From Candidatus Heimdallarchaeota archaeon (lineage in GTDB: Archaea > Asgardarchaeota > Heimdallarchaeia > Heimdallarchaeales > Heimdallarchaeaceae): a stretch of DNA of 24,167 bases. The position numbers were made by a program, and so were the translations under genes. The stretch is from the NCBI GenBank assembly GCA_019057375.1, contig DXJF01000020.1, forward strand, positions 1-24,167, in the 5' to 3' direction. Below the pieces are notes generated by a model that saw only the letters and a list, made by a program, of their open reading frames with translations, made no database searches and was not told where the DNA came from. Positions 18,501 through 24,167 of the stretch are shown here, in pieces; positions within the stretch are counted from its first letter, which is position 1; each line of letters opens with the position of its first letter.

Positions 18501-18533
18501 AGTGTTATTTCACAAAATCGTTAAGTAATTAAG
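18501..18533 (+). repeat. 33-bp intergenic element, copy 1
   Basis: agtgttatttcacaaaatcgttaagtaattaag; 28/33 identical to 19695-19727. Confidence 0.7.
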
Positions 18534-18715
18534 CGAGTTTTATTTGTAAGTTGATTTCCTAAGTTTGAATAGTGATCTTTTTATTGAAATTGCAATTTGG
18601 TTTTAACTCCATATACTCTTAAATGTCCCTATTTTGGCTGAGTCAACAATAAAATCACCCCACCAATCTCTGTTGAGTTAGCAATAAAACTTAAAAATCT
18701 CTATACGAATAGTTT

Positions 18716-19657
18716 ATGATTCTTATGAGGAATGGATTAAAAAGACAATTATTTACTATAATTACGTTTTTAATTTTATTAAATTTGGCTTCCATGGCAC
18801 TTCAGAGTACCAAAGCTGCAAACTTTAGTACTTCTCAAACACGTTTAAACTCAACTTTAACGCCACATGGACCTATTATAATTAAAAATAATGATAATTT
18901 CAGTGATTATTCATTACCCGGTTCAGGAACTGAACTTGATCCCTACAGAATAGAGAATTATAATATTACTACTTTGAATAATGTAGGTATAAACGTTCTT
19001 GATACAACGGAATATTTTGTTATTCAGAACTGTTATGTTGATGCTTGGATGGTAGGAATTGCCATTTTTGATATTGAACCCGGAACAGCTGAAATTTCAG
19101 ATGTTACTTGTAAAGATCACAATTTTTATGGGATTTCAATCGGAGCATCTCAAATCACTGTCAAGAATAGTATAGTTAAAGATAACTCTGATAATCCAGG
19201 TATAGGGATTTATTTATCTGATTCTACTGAAATCACTGTAACCAACAATACCTATACAAACAATCTATGCGGTTTATATGTAGAAAATACCAACTCTTGC
19301 GATATTAGCTATAATACCTTTGCGGACAATATTGGGTATGGAGTCTATTTGCTTTCTAATACTAATGATAATATTGTACATCACAATAAATTTATCAATA
19401 ATTATGGTGGCGCGGTGATGCAAGCAAGGGATTGTGGAGTGAATAACATGTTTTATGAAGCATCTTCTGAAGAAGGCAATTATTGGGATAATTGGAGTTC
19501 TAAAGATTCAATTGTACCAATAGCAGGTTTAGCTGATAATGAAGATCCTTATCCTTTAGATGAAAATCTTATAAGATTGGCAAGCTTGTACTTTTTACCT
19601 GTATTAATAGCCCTAGTTATTGTAGTTTATAAGAAACGAATTAAGAAGAAGAGTTAA
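18716..19657 (+). CDS. Secreted, C-terminally membrane-anchored right-handed beta-helix (NosD/CASH-like) protein
   Basis: N-terminal signal peptide; 'GSGTELDPYRIENYNI'; Asn-ladder repeats (NNT..NN..G.Y); 'GNYWDNW...EDPYPL'; C-terminal TM plus basic tail. Confidence 0.85.
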   Translation: MILMRNGLKRQLFTIITFLILLNLASMALQSTKAANFSTSQTRLNSTLTPHGPIIIKNNDNFSDYSLPGSGTELDPYRIENYNITTLNNVGINVLDTTEYFVIQNCYVDAWMVGIAIFDIEPGTAEISDVTCKDHNFYGISIGASQITVKNSIVKDNSDNPGIGIYLSDSTEITVTNNTYTNNLCGLYVENTNSCDISYNTFADNIGYGVYLLSNTNDNIVHHNKFINNYGGAVMQARDCGVNNMFYEASSEEGNYWDNWSSKDSIVPIAGLADNEDPYPLDENLIRLASLYFLPVLIALVIVVYKKRIKKKS

Positions 19658-19694
19658 ATCTCTTTTTTTTCTTATTATTTTATATGTTGCTTAA

Positions 19695-19727
19695 AGTGGT
19701 GATTCACAAAATTGTTAAGTGATTAAG
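19695..19727 (+). repeat. 33-bp intergenic element, copy 2 (possible BRE/TATA-like promoter)
   Basis: agtggtgattcacaaaattgttaagtgattaag, ending 13 bp before GTG 19740. Confidence 0.65.
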
Positions 19728-19739
19728 GGATTTTTATTT

Positions 19740-20705
19740 GTGAATGTCCTCATAACTGGAGCTTTTGGGAATCTTGGAGTAAGTACATTAAAGGAATTAT
19801 TTAGTTCAAACCATACGATTACTTGTTTTGATCTGCCAAATAGACGAAATAAGAGAGTTTATCGCAAACTTTCAAAAAAACATAAACTCTCTATTATTTG
19901 GGGAAATATATTAGATACCGCTAGTATAGCTTTAGCAGTTAAAAATCAAGATTGTATCATACATCTAGTCGCAATTACCCCTCCACTATCAGAAAGACTA
20001 CCCGATTATGCATTCAAGGTTAATATCCAAGGAACCAGAAACATAATTGAAGAGGTTAAAAGACAAAAGTTATCTCCTAGAATCATCTACGCAAGTTCAG
20101 TTACAGTTTATGGTCCTAAACATCCTGATTCACCCCAAATAACGTTAGATACTCCAATAAATCCAACAGATGTTTATTCCAAAACAAAGGTTGAAGTTGA
20201 GAAGGTTATAGAAGATAGTAGTTTGCCTTGGATAATATTGAGACTTACAGCGGTTCCAGCTCTCGATTTAAAAAGCAATATTAAACTGGAGCCATTATAT
20301 TCTATACCTCTTGAACAAAAGATAGAATTTTTACATACTTATGATGCTGGGTTAGCAATAGCTCGATCTGTTGATATTACAATAGGAAACAGATATTTCA
20401 TAGTTGGTGGTGGAAAGGTCAATCAGTTTAGGAATAAAGAATTTCTCAGCAAGTATTTCAAGATATTAGGTTTAGGGAAACTTCCTAAAAATATCTTCAA
20501 AACAGCCATTTCTGATGAAGATTGGTATTATACGAACTGGATGGATACAACTGAATCCCAGAAAATACTGAATTATCAGAAACATACTTATGAAGAGTTC
20601 TTGGAGGATTTTAGCATAAAATTCGGTTTTCTAAAATACATACTAATACTTTTGAGACCTCTAATTAGATTTATTATAAAGAAAAAATCTCCCTACCGAA
20701 GATAA
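19740..20705 (+). CDS. NAD-dependent epimerase/dehydratase (extended SDR)
   Basis: 'NVLITGAFGNLG', 'CIIHLVAI', 'YASSVTVYG', YxxxK 'YSKTK'. Start GTG 19740 or GTG 19719. Confidence 0.9.
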   Translation: MNVLITGAFGNLGVSTLKELFSSNHTITCFDLPNRRNKRVYRKLSKKHKLSIIWGNILDTASIALAVKNQDCIIHLVAITPPLSERLPDYAFKVNIQGTRNIIEEVKRQKLSPRIIYASSVTVYGPKHPDSPQITLDTPINPTDVYSKTKVEVEKVIEDSSLPWIILRLTAVPALDLKSNIKLEPLYSIPLEQKIEFLHTYDAGLAIARSVDITIGNRYFIVGGGKVNQFRNKEFLSKYFKILGLGKLPKNIFKTAISDEDWYYTNWMDTTESQKILNYQKHTYEEFLEDFSIKFGFLKYILILLRPLIRFIIKKKSPYRR

Positions 20706-20747
20706 TTTTCAGATAAACTAATATTCTAGAAATCTGAATCAATTTAG

Positions 20748-21596
20748 ATGGCAGAAATTTCAATGAATTCTGAGTTTTTAGAAGAAATTAAAGACTGGTT
20801 TCTAGAGAATTACGTGGACGAATCAGTAAAAGCTGTCTTGATGGTTGGATCATGGGCTGAGAACAGAGCTAAGGAGTTAAGCGACATTGATCTCGTTGTC
20901 ATTAAAGAAGATCAAACTCCTTTCATACAGAACCAGAAAATCCCATATAATGATCAAATTCTTGATGTTTGGTTCCACGATGAGAATTATATGAAGAGTA
21001 CAGTCAATAAACAGATAGAAAATCTAGGAGATATCTATCAAGTTTCATTATATCTATCATTTACTAGAAACTGTAAAATTTGGTATGAAAAAGAAGACTT
21101 TGTCCAACATCACCTTCACATATGTAAAGATTGGAAATGGCAATCTGAGCATCGTATTTTCATAAAAATGATGGGAAAACCTCCAAATTCAGAATGGGCT
21201 AAGAAAGCTTATGATGAGAATCTGAAACTTCTGACTCTTTATGAAAACAGATTTGATAATGGTCAAGCTGTTACACACAGGCTAAAAGATTATGCTGAAA
21301 TGTATATCGAGGTTGGAGAAGAGAAAGTATTTGGTTTATATAAGAAAGTAATCTCGCTTTATAGTCACATTAAATCTGAGAGAGAGTGGACGGAAGTTAC
21401 AGATGCAAGAAAGGCAATTCAAGAAAAGAATTGGTCACTAGCTTTCCTTTCTTTAAAAGATGTTATCTATTTTCTGCTTAAAAGATATATATCTCCACCA
21501 TCTATGGAATTGAGAGATCCAGGCTTTTGGAAATTGGCAGAGGAAAGAATTCTACCGCAAGAATACATTACTGCTTTAGAATTAGCTTATCTTTAG
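20748..21596 (+). CDS. Minimal nucleotidyltransferase (Pol beta superfamily) with a helical, HEPN-like C-terminal region
   Basis: 'VLMVGSWAENRAKELSDIDLVVI' (GS...DxD) and a third Asp in 'LDVWF'; C-terminal 'EVTDARKAIQEKNWSLAFLSLKDVIYFLLK' resembles the first HEPN helices. Confidence 0.75.
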   Translation: MAEISMNSEFLEEIKDWFLENYVDESVKAVLMVGSWAENRAKELSDIDLVVIKEDQTPFIQNQKIPYNDQILDVWFHDENYMKSTVNKQIENLGDIYQVSLYLSFTRNCKIWYEKEDFVQHHLHICKDWKWQSEHRIFIKMMGKPPNSEWAKKAYDENLKLLTLYENRFDNGQAVTHRLKDYAEMYIEVGEEKVFGLYKKVISLYSHIKSEREWTEVTDARKAIQEKNWSLAFLSLKDVIYFLLKRYISPPSMELRDPGFWKLAEERILPQEYITALELAYL

Positions 21597-21603
21597 GTCT
21601 ACA

Positions 21604-22080
21604 CTACCTAATTAAATGTTTGAATTTTATCTGAAATTCAAGTATTATTTGTTCCAGCTTTTCAATGAACTCTTCAGTTTGAAAATATATTGCTTTATTC
21701 AAATAGCCTTCTAGTTCATCCCACTTAATAGATTCAAAGACTAGTCTCAGAAATCTCTTCGCGCTCGAAGATCTGACTCTTGGATACATTCCTACTACAA
21801 GTATAAAATCCTCTTTAGTTCTGAAATAATAATTAACACCTTCCATTTGTATAGAGTAAAGCTCTGACCCTAATTCTCGAGAGAAAGCTATCATTGCTGC
21901 ACTGAAACCAGAAAACAACAGCTCATCCATTACCTCACTTATATAGGCTCTATGAAACACCGCCAAACCACTTAAATCGACAATTGTAAAACGTAATAGG
22001 GGTGGTTTTGAAGGAATATCTGGCTGTTCTTTTGTAATAGAAGATTTAATATTCACATGAACACCATTCTTTCTAATCAA
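21604..22080 (-). CDS. Small longin/roadblock-like domain protein
   Basis: 'FTIVDLSGLAVFHRAY...LLFSGFSAAMIAFSRELGSELYSIQMEGVNYYF' parallels the C-terminal domain of the TPR protein. Confidence 0.7.
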   Translation of the reverse strand: MIRKNGVHVNIKSSITKEQPDIPSKPPLLRFTIVDLSGLAVFHRAYISEVMDELLFSGFSAAMIAFSRELGSELYSIQMEGVNYYFRTKEDFILVVGMYPRVRSSSAKRFLRLVFESIKWDELEGYLNKAIYFQTEEFIEKLEQIILEFQIKFKHLIR

Positions 22081-22174
22081 GATTTAATATACGTCAGTTA
22101 GAAATAAAAATGTTCGTATGTTCTTCAAATATTTACCAAGAAATCAATAAAAAAAGATTAGAAAAGGGATAACC

Positions 22175-22630
22175 TTATCTCTTCTTTATCCCTGCAACCA
22201 GTACTAAGGCTATCATGCTGAAACCCAACAGCACAATTGAAATAGCATCTGAAGTTTCAGTAGGCGTCGGTGATGTAGGAGCTTGTACAGTAATTTGCGA
22301 AGTCGCTGAACCTGCAATGTTACAAATTGCAGTAACTTTTATTGTGTCACCATAATATACAGATATTGAAAACGATACCTCAAGATAACTAGTTGTGTTC
22401 TGGTTGGTAAATCCTTGACTGATATTTAATACATCATTAACATAGATATCCAATGTTTCAATAAAATGAGTGTTAGCATCTGCAACATTGTGAAAAACTT
22501 TTACATCAAGTATTTTTGTATCGTAGTCATAGGATAAATCAATGCTTGAAGGGGAGTTAGCTTTTATTGATGTTGCTAGAATAAGTAAAATAAATAAAAT
22601 TAATGATGTTTTCAAAATTTTCTTCTTCAT
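22175..22630 (-). CDS. Secreted, membrane-anchored protein with a desulfoferrodoxin/SOR-like beta-sandwich
   Basis: Start reassigned to ATG 22630 (MKKKILKTSLILFILL..., signal peptide); 'VFHNVADANTHFIETLDIYVN'...'AICNIAG'; S/T/P linker, C-terminal TM and KKR. Confidence 0.65.
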   Translation of the reverse strand: MKKKILKTSLILFILLILATSIKANSPSSIDLSYDYDTKILDVKVFHNVADANTHFIETLDIYVNDVLNISQGFTNQNTTSYLEVSFSISVYYGDTIKVTAICNIAGSATSQITVQAPTSPTPTETSDAISIVLLGFSMIALVLVAGIKKR

Positions 22631-22745
22631 TTGGAATCCTCTAAGAATGATAATCATCCTTCTCACTTCTATTCTTTCTTCCCTCTTGATGGACAAAAAA
22701 ACGAAAATAGCAATATTCATAACAGTTTTTTCTAAAAATTATTTT

Positions 22746-24167
22746 ATGATAGAATTTCCCCAAGATGATAAAACAAAACTTGTCAGGATTATGGAATCAA
22801 AAAAGGAAGACTATATAGCGGTAGCCAGATGTTTCAATTCTTTCAAAGATTCTGATTCATGGCCTGGAGGTTTCGGAGGTTCTTTCAATTTTACAGAAGA
22901 ATGGGCTGAAGACAGTTTCAAAAATGCTGATTTTAGTACTCTTTTCGTAGCTGATGCTTTAGAGGATAGAACTAAGATGGTAGGAGTCTGCTTTTGTAAT
23001 AAAAGTAGTGAAATCCCCAATTCATGGTATGTAGCTCTAATAGGTGTTGATCCCGAATATCAAGGGTAAAAATATGGAAAAGCACTCTTGCTGAAAGGCA
23101 CTGAATTTGCGATGGATATGAATGCTCGATTTATAGGATTGCACACTTGGGGAGGTAATCTAAAAGCTCTACCTTTGTACAAACGACAAGGGTACAAATG
23201 GAGACCTGGTACTGACGTATATATGGTCAATTATATTCCTCAGATTCTGAATTTTCCATTTTTCAAAGAATTTTTCCAGAAAAATCGTTGGTATGATTCT
23301 TTCAAACCAGTAATTAATCAAGAGATGGACGAAACTTTCGATGAAAAAATGGCAGTCTATGAATACTATTTTGAAAATGAGAAAGGTGATTCGATAAATA
23401 TTTGGGTGGATAGATCTGTAGGTAAGATTAGTGGTTTTCACTATAAGGTAGATGAAACTGATCTGAAAATTCAAGTTCGTACTCCTGATTCACAGGCTTT
23501 CATAAGAATAGAGGAGTTTCCATTTGAACTTACTCTGAAGAATGAAAGTCAAGATGAAGTTATCATCTCTTTAGAAACTACAGCCTCATCAGATATTGTC
23601 TATTCAGGAGAAAAAATAACCAGCCTGAACCTTCTTCCAGCTAAACAATCAGTACTACCATTTACAGGATTTTTTGTTTCAGGGACTGAAGAACTTGATA
23701 TAAAAGTGCATCCTCAGGGATTTAGCAAGCATGAAATTGTATTCAATGTTACTATAAATGATATCACATTTCCAATCACTCTTGGAAAAATTCCTAAGAA
23801 TGCTTTGGATATTAAGACCTTACCAGAATGTTATATTACAAAGCCTGACACAGAACTTGAACTACCTTTAGAAGTTCAGAATTATCTTGGGAATCAAAAG
23901 GAAGTAATTATAAAATTAATTGATGGAAACCTTATTTCCTTTAAACAACATGAGTTAAAGAAGAAAATATCAATGTATGATTCTGAAATCAAGGTACAAA
24001 TGAAGGTTGAACCAACAAATACTATCGTTGATTATTTTGATGTCACAATAGAAGATTTGGAAGGGCAAGAAATCATTACAAAAAAATATCCAATAATCAT
24101 TTTCAAAAATAACCAAACTGTAAGCTATGAAATAGGTCCAGTAATTTTCATCGAAAATAGGGATGTA
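22746..24167 (+). pseudogene. Large GNAT-family N-acetyltransferase interrupted by one in-frame TAA; runs off the window end
   Basis: 'WYVALIGVDPEYQG*KYGKALL...LHTWGGNLKALPLYKRQGY' with TAA at 23067-23069 inside acetyl-CoA binding motif A; the same frame stays open from 23070 to 24167. Confidence 0.85.

Noticed and set aside
22542-22745. N-terminal extension of the GNAT ORF and of the opposite-strand 22720 ORF
   Set aside because: They overlap each other's genes; ATG 22746 and ATG 22630 give sensible N-termini with a 115-bp divergent promoter between them.
3913-23069. Genome-wide stop-codon recoding as the explanation for in-frame stops
   Set aside because: The interruptions use TAG, TGA and TAA. 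All three end normal genes here (TAG at 1889, 4117, 21594, 21604), and paralog pairs interchange them at the homologous terminal position (TAA/TAG for the 607-aa gene, TGA/TAA for the MTase).
1958-23474. Short antisense or overlapping ORFs in the track (1958, 2413, 2779, 3198, 5488, 5804, 6159, 6990, 7784, 8133, 9734, 11860, 13739, 14467, 17003, 22811, 23169)
   Set aside because: They are shadows of well-supported genes on the other strand or frame, or lie in low-complexity AT-rich DNA, with no protein motifs.
1-24167. CRISPR array, tRNA or rRNA genes
   Set aside because: No regularly spaced direct repeats and no GC-rich cloverleaf or rRNA-like segments were seen in any intergenic region.

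Overview
AT-rich archaeal window that looks like an Asgard archaeon, probably Heimdallarchaeia. This is inferred from a TPR protein with a C-terminal longin/roadblock-like domain, a stand-alone longin-like protein, secreted C-terminally anchored beta-helix proteins, and archaeal TATA boxes and T-rich terminators. It encodes a TetR regulator with a divergent atypical SDR and two clear operators, an Fe-S protein fused to SCP2, a DegT-type aminotransferase, a SAM methyltransferase, a SERCA-like Ca2+ P-type ATPase, NTF2/lumazine-binding proteins, a NosD-like surface protein, a second SDR, an MNT(-HEPN-like) protein, a SOR-like secreted protein and a large GNAT protein that runs off the window. Three things are not explained by the ORF track. 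(1) At 11249-12091 the 3' ends of diverged copies of two genes that are intact elsewhere in the window are fused exactly at an 11-bp microhomology (AGAAGTATGCA), so the region reads like two alleles of one variable locus spliced in tandem. (2) An operon of three small proteins carries four copies of an unrecognised 4-TM module with conserved E / C / RxxN / C / P residues. (3) Four otherwise continuous reading frames carry single in-frame stops (TAG, TGA, TAG, TAA), and one of these genes also has a large internal deletion. No rRNA, tRNA, CRISPR array, transposase or integrase was recognised.
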